A stretch of 64,000 bases of DNA from an uncultured Candidatus Saccharibacteria bacterium. GTDB taxonomy: Bacteria > Patescibacteriota > Saccharimonadia > Saccharimonadales > AWTP1-31. This document shows positions 19,852-28,907 of the stretch, one piece after another. Below the pieces are notes generated by a model. That model ran no database searches. It was not told the origin of the DNA and saw only the letters and a program-made list of their open reading frames with translations. The stretch covers positions 18,738 to 82,737 of the forward strand of contig CAZIBG010000002.1 of NCBI GenBank assembly GCA_964536985.1, in the 5' to 3' direction. The translations under genes were made by a program, and so were the position numbers. Position 1 is the first letter of the stretch. Every line of letters begins with the position of its first letter.

Positions 19852-20667
19852 ATGGCACATGGCAGATACCCGCGAGACGCAGTTCCTCATCCTTTTGAAG
19901 GCTATCCTGCATACGGTGCAATACACGAGGTTCTTCCGGATACGCGTCTAAGGCAGTTTCTGGCTTCATTTAGCGAAATTGCAGATAGTGTTTTTAGAGG
20001 TAACGCCGATGAAGCCCCTGTAGAAGTTAACCCGATACCTGACTACGAACCGGACGAGGAGTTTGAACCAGTCGGTCTACTTCCTGAGGCTCCAACTATT
20101 GCACCCTACGACCCGAGAGTTTTCTATAAAGTGTTTGATCCCGACAGGATGGCAGCTACAGTATTAGAAATGGACCCTGCGCAAAAAATGGCACGGACTT
20201 TACAGCAACTTTTCGAACGTCAAGATTTTGGTGCCGTTGAGCAGGATGCGCGAAATGAGATAGATCGCCACGCACCGGTGTTATTCCCCTCACTCACCTT
20301 TAAAGAAGTGATCGGCGTGGGTCGGCGTATGCCAGGCGTAAATAGTCGCAATGTATACCAGAAATTAGCACTTATCGCTGACACGACATGTAATCTAGAA
20401 ACCCTGGAATTCATGGGTCTCGAACAGGAAAAGCTTATTACAGCTCTCAAGCGACGCTTTAAGCAAGATGTCGCACCATGGTCACTAATACCCCTCGTAC
20501 CTTTTACCATTCTCAAGCGACCCGTCACAAACGAACAGTATGTCGAGATAATTGAGCAAACTAATGCCCTCCTTCATACCACCAATGAGGATGATGAGGC
20601 AATACCTGCACCCTTACATATCGACCTGGAACGTAAACTGAAAATCAGACATAAGTCTAGTCGATAG
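19852..20667 (+). CDS. Hypothetical protein
   Basis: 271-aa ORF with no recognisable domain. The promoter TTGTCA, 18-bp spacer, TATACT ends just before the ATG. Confidence 0.4.
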   Translation: MAHGRYPRDAVPHPFEGYPAYGAIHEVLPDTRLRQFLASFSEIADSVFRGNADEAPVEVNPIPDYEPDEEFEPVGLLPEAPTIAPYDPRVFYKVFDPDRMAATVLEMDPAQKMARTLQQLFERQDFGAVEQDARNEIDRHAPVLFPSLTFKEVIGVGRRMPGVNSRNVYQKLALIADTTCNLETLEFMGLEQEKLITALKRRFKQDVAPWSLIPLVPFTILKRPVTNEQYVEIIEQTNALLHTTNEDDEAIPAPLHIDLERKLKIRHKSSR

Positions 20668-20689
20668 ACTCGCCTTCCCACCCCTGATA

Positions 20690-21550
20690 ATGCATGGTAT
20701 GATTGCTGACATGAAGATCGCGACACAGGGCGTAGCTGGCTCGTTCCATCACCAAGCCACCAATGAGCTATTCGAAGGCCAAGACTATCAAATAATTGAT
20801 GCCGCCACTTTTCGAGACGTCTTCCAAATGGTTAAAGACGGCACCGCTGACTTTGGGGTGGTTGCGGTAGAAAATTCGCTGCACGGTTCGATCAACCCAG
20901 TATACCGATTACTGGCAAGCAAGAAATTGCAGGTCTGCGGAGAACGAAGGCTTCATATCAGCCTGTGTCTTATTGGTCACTCCACTATGACCATCCAGTC
21001 CGTTAATAGCTCTGGGGTGGAAGTCCTTTCGCAACGCGAAGCACTAAGCCAGTGCGAGCAATGGTTCATCGACAATATAGAAAATGCCACCGTAAAAGAG
21101 ATGAACGACACCGCCGAAGCAGTTCGTTTTGTTATGAACGACACTAGCAAGCAAAAAGTAGCTGTCGGCAGTGCTGAGGCCGCGAGATTATACGGAGGCA
21201 CTATTATCGCCGAGCCGATTAATGATGAGCTACAGAATTACACCCGATTTCTTTGCATTACAAAACCAAGTCCACAACCTAAAGATGCCGATCGGACCAG
21301 CATTATTATTAGCGGTGGGTTAGATCGACCCGGTTTACTTCATGATGCTCTTGGGGCTTTTGCCAAAAAAGGTATTAATCTATCTAAGCTAGATAGCCAT
21401 CCGCTACCTGGTAAAGAACGCTCGTACGCCATGTACATTGATTTTGAAGCGCCACTAGAAGACTCGACCACCAAGTCTGTCCTTGAAGAACTAAAAAAAC
21501 AGGGGTGGAATGTCCAAGTACTAGGCTCTTACAAATCCCACAAGCATTAG
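20690..21550 (+). CDS. pheA: Prephenate dehydratase (PDT plus ACT domain)
   Basis: PDT domain start (KIATQGVAGSFHHQA) and a C-terminal ACT-like region. The true start is probably Met9, at about 20714. Confidence 0.7.
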   Translation: MHGMIADMKIATQGVAGSFHHQATNELFEGQDYQIIDAATFRDVFQMVKDGTADFGVVAVENSLHGSINPVYRLLASKKLQVCGERRLHISLCLIGHSTMTIQSVNSSGVEVLSQREALSQCEQWFIDNIENATVKEMNDTAEAVRFVMNDTSKQKVAVGSAEAARLYGGTIIAEPINDELQNYTRFLCITKPSPQPKDADRTSIIISGGLDRPGLLHDALGAFAKKGINLSKLDSHPLPGKERSYAMYIDFEAPLEDSTTKSVLEELKKQGWNVQVLGSYKSHKH

Positions 21551-21592
21551 CGTAATACAATCTTATTGACATAAGCGCAATGATAATGTATA

Positions 21593-21886
21593 ATGCTGAC
21601 AAATTTAGTGGGAGATGTTTGGATGCTGGACTTTATCGTTCTAGGAATCGTACCTGGTACAACTTTTGTCATAACCCTTCGTTGGGTTCTATTAGCTGCG
21701 CTTATACTGTGTGTAATTGCATTAATGTATCTAGAACTAAAGAAACCACGTAAAGCTTCACATTCTCGACGCGTTAGCCATCCTGCAGTTAATCTTGAAG
21801 CAATAAGTACTAACGGTCTACTTGGCATGACATTCTTTTCCCCCGGCCGATTGTCTTGGCTCGACAAAGTCGCTAAAAAAGACTAA
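21593..21886 (+). CDS. Small hypothetical membrane protein
   Basis: Two hydrophobic helices. The start is uncertain. Confidence 0.3.
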   Translation: MLTNLVGDVWMLDFIVLGIVPGTTFVITLRWVLLAALILCVIALMYLELKKPRKASHSRRVSHPAVNLEAISTNGLLGMTFFSPGRLSWLDKVAKKD

Positions 21887-21898
21887 TTTACTGTAGTT

Positions 21899-23362
21899 TT
21901 ACTCGTTATCCAGGTCGCTCGGTACTAGACTTTGCCCGTACAGCGTCAGATCCTCAAGTAGATATTGTTTAGCAGCTGGTAGATCAGGCTGCATGCGTAG
22001 TTCTTCTATTCGCTTAAAATACAGAGCTAGCTTACTGGCATCGCCACCATCGAGTAGTTGCTTTGCGCGATATGATTCCCACTGGCGGCGTTCATCGGGG
22101 TCAAGTTTGCGTGGGAAGTTACGTGCTTTATAAAGTGGCAACAACTCTTTGAGTCGCATATCCTGACACTGATCAATATAGCCACTCAGTTCGCTTGGAG
22201 GTGACTGGCGGATCCGCTCCATAGTTTTTGCATCTCCCTCTCCAACGAATCCATCATATATTTGGCCGTCCACATGTGTGTCTTGTCCGGCGAATCGCTC
22301 GGCTTGTGCGCCGTCCATAATCTCTAGAGCTTCTAATACCTTTTTTGGCCAGTCTGGTATTGCTTTGAGCTTAGTTAAATTTGCTTGTATGGTGGACATG
22401 TCGATCTTAAGTCGTTCCTGTGTTTCAGTATCCTCTTTGATTACCCCAAGTGGTGCTACCGCAGGGCACCGATTATACTTAAGTGACTTAATCGGTAAAC
22501 GAGGCGCATCAGGTGATTGGTCTTCTGGCTTTTGCCACTGCCAAGCCTCGACTAATTGAGCTGGTGTCATATTCGCGAACGGCGTTGGATCATATCGCAG
22601 GTCATAGACCAAAGCACCGTCTTTACGAGCAGTCTCTGCTATCATAACCACTACCGCCGTCTTCTGAGCATCGTTATGATATTTTCCTGATGTATAAACA
22701 AATGGATTTCCTGTTTGCACCAACTGCTGGACTGCTTGCTTGGAGCGCACGCTCAATAGGTAATCGAATAGTTTTGGTTGTTTACTGCGCAACAGCTGTG
22801 CAAGAGATATGGTTGCCAGCACGTCGTTAAGTGCGTCATGCGCGTGGCTATGATCTAAGCCGTTCTGGGCAGTCAAAAGTTCCAGTCGGTTAGTCGGCTT
22901 GCCTTCCGAATCAACTGGCCAGTTTATACCCTCCGGACGTAGTGCCCGTGTCATGCGAACAACGTCTAATAAATCCCACCTGGAACGGTCGTCCTTCCAT
23001 TGCCACTGATATGGATCGTAAAAGTTTCGGTAGTTTAGGGCACGCATAAATTCGTCGTCAAAACGGACTGAGTTATAACCCACAAAGATAGTACCGGGCA
23101 CGGCAATTTCCTGGTGGAAAGTCTGCAAAAAGTCAGCCTCAGTCGTGCCCTCGGCCTGGGTATGCTGCGGCGTTATACCGGTTACCAAAATGGCATCCGG
23201 GTCGGGCAAAACATCTTCTGTAAGGGCAATCAAGATATTATGTGGTTCGCCAATAGGGTTAAGGTCTAGATCCGTGCGCTGTCCGGCGAACTGCATGACT
23301 CGCGATTGTCGAGGCTTAATACCGGAAGTTTCCAGGTCGTAAAAGTAAAATGAATTAGCCAT
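21899..23362 (-). CDS. sbcB: Exodeoxyribonuclease I (DnaQ-like 3'-5' exonuclease)
   Basis: 487 aa. The N-terminus FYFYDLETSGIKPRQSRVMQFAGQRTD matches the Exo I FLFHDYETFG...QFAAIRTD region. Confidence 0.75.
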   Translation of the reverse strand: MANSFYFYDLETSGIKPRQSRVMQFAGQRTDLDLNPIGEPHNILIALTEDVLPDPDAILVTGITPQHTQAEGTTEADFLQTFHQEIAVPGTIFVGYNSVRFDDEFMRALNYRNFYDPYQWQWKDDRSRWDLLDVVRMTRALRPEGINWPVDSEGKPTNRLELLTAQNGLDHSHAHDALNDVLATISLAQLLRSKQPKLFDYLLSVRSKQAVQQLVQTGNPFVYTSGKYHNDAQKTAVVVMIAETARKDGALVYDLRYDPTPFANMTPAQLVEAWQWQKPEDQSPDAPRLPIKSLKYNRCPAVAPLGVIKEDTETQERLKIDMSTIQANLTKLKAIPDWPKKVLEALEIMDGAQAERFAGQDTHVDGQIYDGFVGEGDAKTMERIRQSPPSELSGYIDQCQDMRLKELLPLYKARNFPRKLDPDERRQWESYRAKQLLDGGDASKLALYFKRIEELRMQPDLPAAKQYLLEDLTLYGQSLVPSDLDNE

Positions 23363-24716
23363 GTGTTTGTATGTAACCCTCTATGTTGAATTTGCGCTTC
23401 AACCCATTGTAATTCATATATCGAATACTGCCATAAACGTCACGCTCGAACCAGGGCCGATCATGTACACCAGCCACACTCCACAGAATCCCAACATACC
23501 CGTTAGGATCTCCGCCATCAATGCTGTAAAAGTCGTTGAGCTTTATCAGCGTTCCAACAGCAGTCTGTGCATCTTCCGACCATTCTAAGACTTTCTTAGC
23601 CCAATACATACGCATATAACCATGCATTTTACCGGTTACAGTCAGTTGCTTTTGAGCCGCGTTCCAGGCTGGATCGTGCGTTTGGGCATCGGCAAACTGT
23701 TTGTAGCTATATATAAACTCACGAGGATCCGCAGTGTGCTTGGCCAAAGTATCTTGCGCCCACTGAGCAGCTCCACTCAATTGATCATACATTGGATTGT
23801 AATAACAAAAATTGTCGCTCAGTTCTTTACGGACTATAAGTTCCTCTAGGAACACATCGGCGTCAAGGCGCAGCGACGGTTGTTCACCTACCGCAGATTC
23901 AACCTCTACGGCAATCCGTAACGAAGAGAGCTGCCCAAAGTGCAAGTACGGACTCAACCCACTTACGCCGTCAAGGGAGGGGTCGTTACGATTTTCGTGA
24001 TAACCTGCTAATCTATTGGCTATAAAATCCTTGAGTGCTTTATTGGCAGCAATCTCTCCGCTCTTTAGGGAAAGTTTTTGCCCGTTTGAAGGCACCTTTT
24101 CTAAGAGTTCGTCGATAAGCTCACTAAGCGTAGAAAGATCCTTAACAATACCCGGCCAAACATAGGGATGCTTGATAGCCTGGCCCGGCACAATCAAATA
24201 GTCAGCGATTTTAGCGAGCACCTTAGGGCGAATAGTCCGGGCAGCGTATTCTTGCTTATTACTTAATTCCCACGCAGGAATGACATTATGGGTATCAACA
24301 ACATAAACCGCGCATTGTGCCTGGTCGGCAATAGATTTTTGTAATGCTCGTGGCCCTCGTAAGGGGTTAAAATCAAAATAAATAGCAGCCGGATTTGTGT
24401 GATGAATCATGCCGCCCAAAGTTTGCTTGGGATCACCAATCAAAGCCATAAAAGGAATACTTAACATGTTGAGGTTTTTTTCGACCTCACCTAGTCCTTG
24501 CAGCATCCATCGGTATTGCTCCTGTGAACGATTACCGGTACTTGGGAGTAAGCAGAATACTACAGCCAATGGCAATTTTAGCTGTAAGGCAGTTTGTTGA
24601 GCAGCGAGAAGTGCGTGATTGTCCGCGACACGCTGGTCTCGGCTCATTACATACAGCACGCAATCGCCACTGAGTGGCTTGTCATTAAGTTGTTTTTGAC
24701 GCGTTTGCTGAACCAT
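23355..24716 (-). CDS. phr: Deoxyribodipyrimidine photolyase, class II type
   Basis: The N-terminus VLYVMSRDQRVADNHALLAAQ...LPLAVVFCL closely matches the class II CPD photolyase hallmark V(V)YWMSRDQRVQDNWAL...LPLHVCFCL. Confidence 0.7.
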   Translation of the reverse strand: MVQQTRQKQLNDKPLSGDCVLYVMSRDQRVADNHALLAAQQTALQLKLPLAVVFCLLPSTGNRSQEQYRWMLQGLGEVEKNLNMLSIPFMALIGDPKQTLGGMIHHTNPAAIYFDFNPLRGPRALQKSIADQAQCAVYVVDTHNVIPAWELSNKQEYAARTIRPKVLAKIADYLIVPGQAIKHPYVWPGIVKDLSTLSELIDELLEKVPSNGQKLSLKSGEIAANKALKDFIANRLAGYHENRNDPSLDGVSGLSPYLHFGQLSSLRIAVEVESAVGEQPSLRLDADVFLEELIVRKELSDNFCYYNPMYDQLSGAAQWAQDTLAKHTADPREFIYSYKQFADAQTHDPAWNAAQKQLTVTGKMHGYMRMYWAKKVLEWSEDAQTAVGTLIKLNDFYSIDGGDPNGYVGILWSVAGVHDRPWFERDVYGSIRYMNYNGLKRKFNIEGYIQTHG

Positions 24717-24737
24717 GCAAACAGTGTAGCAGGAACT

Positions 24738-26015
24738 TTAGTACTCTAACGAACCAAGGTCGTTACCGATCACGATCTTCTGTCCGGGAGCAATATCTTG
24801 ACGTCGCAGCTGATGCATAATGCCCATCTTCTTCATAATGTCGCGGAGTCGCTCGGTACCATGTGAACTACCAAAGTCAGTTCGTTCGGCGAATCGTTCG
24901 ATCTTACGACCTGTAACCATAAACTTGTTACCAACTTTTTCGACTTTCCAGCTGTTGAGTGTTTCTGGTAGTTGGATGACGGGAATAACTGGGTTGGCTT
25001 CGATGATTTCCTTCTTTTTGGCGCGATCAGCATCAACCATCTTCTTTACTTCGTATAACATAGGAATGACGGCTTCGCCGCTACTGGCAGAAATAGCAAA
25101 CTGCTTGGTGCCTTTAGGAATGACTTTTTTAAGCTTCTTCTGAATTGATTCGATAATTTCTGCGTCAAGTCCATCGATCTTGTTCAATACCACAACCTGA
25201 GGTCGGGTAGTTAGGTCCACGGAATACTCGGCCAGCTCTTTTTGAATGGTCTGAAAAGCGGCAACAGGATCTTCGTTGTAGGCGTCGATCATATGTATTA
25301 GCACACTAGTGCGCTCGACATGGCGTAAGAATTCAACACCAAGGCCTTTGCCCTTGCTGGCACCCTCTATTAGTCCTGGCACGTCGGCAAGTAGCAAGCT
25401 GTTGCTACTGTCGAGGTCAACGACACCTAAATTAGGGATTAGAGTTGTAAAGGCATAGTTTGCGATTTCTGGACGAGCATTACTGCTACTGGCAAGCAAT
25501 GTTGATTTTCCAGCATTAGGTAATCCAATAATACCGGCGTCGGCGATAACCTTAAGTTCTAGCTTAAGATCAAGTACATCACCACGTTCGCCTTTTTCGG
25601 CGACGCGAGGTGCCTGGCGAGTTGAGGAGATAAAGTGAGCGTTACCAAATCCACCCTTACCACCACGAGCAATGACCATCTGCTGTTGATCGGCGATAAA
25701 GTCGGCTAAGATATCGCCTTCTTCGTTAAGTACAATTGTGCCGACTGGAACTTGAATAGTTAAGTCTTTACCGCTGCGTCCGTGCTTTTTTTGCTTGAAT
25801 CCTGGCTTACCTGGTTCGGCTGAAAGCTCACGGTGATAACGGAAGCTAGCGAGCGTGTTTTGATTCCGGCTGGCGACCATAATAATACTACCGCCATCGC
25901 CACCATCTCCACCATCTGGACCACCACGATCGATAAATTTTTCATGACGAAAACTAACGTATCCGTTACCGCCGTCACCTGCTTTTAGTTTTATCGTCGC
26001 CTGGTCTATGAACAT
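24738..26015 (-). CDS. obg: GTPase Obg/CgtA
   Basis: Glycine-rich Obg fold start (FIDQATIKLKAGDGGNGYVSFRHEKF...GGPDGGDGGDGGS) and a GTPase domain (GLPNAGKSTLL). Confidence 0.9.
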   Translation of the reverse strand: MFIDQATIKLKAGDGGNGYVSFRHEKFIDRGGPDGGDGGDGGSIIMVASRNQNTLASFRYHRELSAEPGKPGFKQKKHGRSGKDLTIQVPVGTIVLNEEGDILADFIADQQQMVIARGGKGGFGNAHFISSTRQAPRVAEKGERGDVLDLKLELKVIADAGIIGLPNAGKSTLLASSSNARPEIANYAFTTLIPNLGVVDLDSSNSLLLADVPGLIEGASKGKGLGVEFLRHVERTSVLIHMIDAYNEDPVAAFQTIQKELAEYSVDLTTRPQVVVLNKIDGLDAEIIESIQKKLKKVIPKGTKQFAISASSGEAVIPMLYEVKKMVDADRAKKKEIIEANPVIPVIQLPETLNSWKVEKVGNKFMVTGRKIERFAERTDFGSSHGTERLRDIMKKMGIMHQLRRQDIAPGQKIVIGNDLGSLEY

Positions 26016-26081
26016 ATCAAATTATTATACAATTTTTACAACAAATCTTCAACGTAGAATTGAATATCTACAGATAGCTCA

Positions 26082-27344
26082 TTAGTAAATGTAGGAATAT
26101 CGGGCCGCGTCTTCAGGAGAAAGTGTCTTAGTACTGCGGACAGCCCAACCGCGAGTGTTCATTTCGGAGACGTTAACACTACCATCTGCATTGACTGATT
26201 CAACATAGCCAACGTGACCGTAATAGTCGCGTGGTGGAGTCCAAATAACCGCACCAGCTTGTGGCGTGTTGCCGACTGCAAACCCAGCACGTGACGCTAA
26301 TGACTTCCAGGTACTGGCGTTACCAAGGTTACTTGGAAGATCTGGGCGTCGAACTTTGACGTACCAAGTACAGTAACCATAGTCGTATCCATTATTGCCA
26401 TATACTGCTCCACCGCCCCATGAAAAACCTGCAGGATTCGCTCGCGCCGATCGTGGTGCCACCGGTGCAGCTATAGAACCATCTCGGATCAAGATATTTC
26501 GACCAACTACAAGGTTAGCGCTCTCTGCATCGTTATCGGCTATGATTTGATCCTTTGTAGCCTTGAACTTGCTAGCAATACTATCGATTGTATCGCCGTC
26601 CTTAACTTTATAAACAACTCCGTTGACGGGAGAAATTAGAATCTTCTTACCAGCCTGGATAGCATCGCCCTGTAGGCCGTTAGACCAGCGAATAGTATCC
26701 GATGTAATGCCAAACTTTGCAGCGATTGACGGTATTGTGTCGCCTTCGACCACTAAGTATTCTTGGATGTCTTTATAGGACTTGAGAGTAGTTGCAACCA
26801 CCTGAGGTTTAGCGACCACCGTATCGTCGGAAGCGGTTACCGCTAGTTGTGCGTTAACGGTATCAGCCTTGTTAACAACTGATGGAGTTTCGGGTAAGTT
26901 AGTCATAAAAGCTACATGCACAGCGATGTCAGCAGAAGAAAGCTGATCCAGAGCATTGGAAGCGACGGTAGAATCTTCCGTAACGACACTATTATTAGCA
27001 GCTACAGGGGCCGTGCCAGGACTACGCATCACAAAAGTAGCCACACCCACGAGCATGACAATATTGGCAACCAAAATGCCATATCTCACGATTCGTTTCT
27101 TGGAACGTGTATTTAAACCGGTTTTGATTTGTTTTTGTGTTTTAGATTGAATCTGTGCGATTTTATCAATCGGACTAGTTTCCACCGTTTTTCTAAAGAT
27201 ACGAATTGTATTCTCCTGGGCTGAAGCCGCAGATCGAGGATGGTTGTTAATTGATATTTTGAGCGATCGACTCACTCTTCTTATTAGTAAACAACCTCGA
27301 TACAGTTTACTTGCTCCATAACAGTGGTAACAGGGGTGGATCAC
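26082..27344 (-). CDS. LysM-domain and CHAP-domain peptidoglycan hydrolase; the start is uncertain
   Basis: Two LysM-like repeats (DTIPSIAAKFG, DTIDSIASKF) and a C-terminal CHAP Cys/His region (CTWYVKV...GHVGYVE). The ORF-track N-terminus is probably over-extended. Confidence 0.65.
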   Translation of the reverse strand: MIHPCYHCYGASKLYRGCLLIRRVSRSLKISINNHPRSAASAQENTIRIFRKTVETSPIDKIAQIQSKTQKQIKTGLNTRSKKRIVRYGILVANIVMLVGVATFVMRSPGTAPVAANNSVVTEDSTVASNALDQLSSADIAVHVAFMTNLPETPSVVNKADTVNAQLAVTASDDTVVAKPQVVATTLKSYKDIQEYLVVEGDTIPSIAAKFGITSDTIRWSNGLQGDAIQAGKKILISPVNGVVYKVKDGDTIDSIASKFKATKDQIIADNDAESANLVVGRNILIRDGSIAAPVAPRSARANPAGFSWGGGAVYGNNGYDYGYCTWYVKVRRPDLPSNLGNASTWKSLASRAGFAVGNTPQAGAVIWTPPRDYYGHVGYVESVNADGSVNVSEMNTRGWAVRSTKTLSPEDAARYSYIY

Positions 27345-27426
27345 CGTAAACTGATACCATTGAGTATATCATATTCTGGTACAGCAACCAAGGTTTTTAT
27401 ATACCAACGACCCCTGTTACGTAAGC

Positions 27427-28476
27427 CTACTGACAGAGTTTTGTGCAATATTTTGCGGTCAGTGCCTCGTGTTCCTCTAGGGTACGGCTAAAGTGAGTTA
27501 CTCCGTCATCCCCAGACACAAAGTACAGCCAATCAGTAGACGCCGGATTTGCAACGGCCTTAAGTGAACTCTCGCTTACATTACTAATGGGACCAGGAGT
27601 TAGCCCTTCGACTAAGTACGTATTGTACGGCGAGTCATAGGTGAGCGAAGGGTCAACGCCGTCTAGTATGGCGCCGTAACTGGCAGTAGCATCAGACTGT
27701 AGTTTTATATCAGAGGATAGACGCTTGAGGAATACTTGTGCCACCTTTGTACGGTCGCCACCGTCGGACACCTCGCGCTCAACAATGGAAGCCAAGATTA
27801 TGGCACGATGAACACTCAGTCCTTGGCTTGCAAATGCTTCACGGATATCTGGAGTTAACCGTTTCTGCATCTCGTCTAGTGAGGCTCGTACAATCTCCTC
27901 AGGGGTAGTGGCAGCAGTCTTTTGAAATGATTCAGGATATAGGTAACCTTCTAGCGATGCATCGACTGGTTTATCAACCAGGGCTGGATGACCGGCATAC
28001 GTTGCTGGGTCTAGGGCTTTCTTGACCGCCTCGGGCTTGAAGCCGCTGTTAACAAGCGTTTGTTCGATCTGGTCAATGCGCTGGGCAGGCTTGATAGTTA
28101 TAAGATTACTGGCCACCTTACCCTCCGTAATTATCTTAACAATATCGGCAACACCCTGGCTGGGTTTAATTGCGTAGGTACCAGCCTGGATTAGGTTCTG
28201 ATAGTTTCTACTGAGCACATATTGTCGGAATGCCCATTCATTACGAATTAGCTTTTTATCATGAAGTAGCTTGGCTACGTCGGATAAGGCAGACCCCGTG
28301 GGTATCGTTATCGTAACGGTCTTCTGGCTGGTACTGACGGCCTGCAAGTTATTGAAGTAGTATCGCCGTGCCAATAAAACACTTCCTAACCCGGCAAGGA
28401 CGATCAGGCAAACAATGGTAATGACTACTTTTGATCGTAATAAAAATCGTGCAGGGTTAGATCTACTCATTACCAT
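27427..28476 (-). CDS. mltG: YceG/MltG-like endolytic murein transglycosylase
   Basis: 349 aa with an N-terminal TM anchor and YceG-like layout. Its position after ruvX is the conserved ruvX-mltG arrangement. Confidence 0.6.
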   Translation of the reverse strand: MVMSRSNPARFLLRSKVVITIVCLIVLAGLGSVLLARRYYFNNLQAVSTSQKTVTITIPTGSALSDVAKLLHDKKLIRNEWAFRQYVLSRNYQNLIQAGTYAIKPSQGVADIVKIITEGKVASNLITIKPAQRIDQIEQTLVNSGFKPEAVKKALDPATYAGHPALVDKPVDASLEGYLYPESFQKTAATTPEEIVRASLDEMQKRLTPDIREAFASQGLSVHRAIILASIVEREVSDGGDRTKVAQVFLKRLSSDIKLQSDATASYGAILDGVDPSLTYDSPYNTYLVEGLTPGPISNVSESSLKAVANPASTDWLYFVSGDDGVTHFSRTLEEHEALTAKYCTKLCQ

Positions 28477-28907
28477 TCCTTCCCTTCGTCTAAGAAATCA
28501 CTCAAGATATAACATGCTGCCAGTGAGTCAATGTCCCCTTTGCTGTAAGGCTTGCCTCGGGCGTCCAACTCATCTTCGGCCTTACTAGAGGTTAGCGCCT
28601 CATCCTGCATGTTTATAGGAATAGTGATGTGCTCAGCCAATGATTCAACAAATCTGAGGATGGCAAGCGTTTGATTAGTTTGCTGACCTTCTAGGCCTCT
28701 CGGCAGCCCTACCACCAGCGCCACAACGTCGTTATCTTTGATGAGCTTAGCGATATCATCGTAGACCGTATCGGTAACGATTAGATGTTCTCGTGGCGAG
28801 GCAATACGAGCTACACGATTCGCCATCGCAACGCCAATTCGTACCGCGCCAACATCAAGCCCCATAACAGCGTCATTATCGGACTTAGGGTTACTTGTCT
28901 TGCCCAT
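28470..28907 (-). CDS. ruvX: Putative pre-16S rRNA nuclease / Holliday junction resolvase-like YqgF (RuvX)
   Basis: 145 aa with the MGLDVGAVRIGVAMAN start typical of YqgF. Confidence 0.75.
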   Translation of the reverse strand: MGKTSNPKSDNDAVMGLDVGAVRIGVAMANRVARIASPREHLIVTDTVYDDIAKLIKDNDVVALVVGLPRGLEGQQTNQTLAILRFVESLAEHITIPINMQDEALTSSKAEDELDARGKPYSKGDIDSLAACYILSDFLDEGKEW

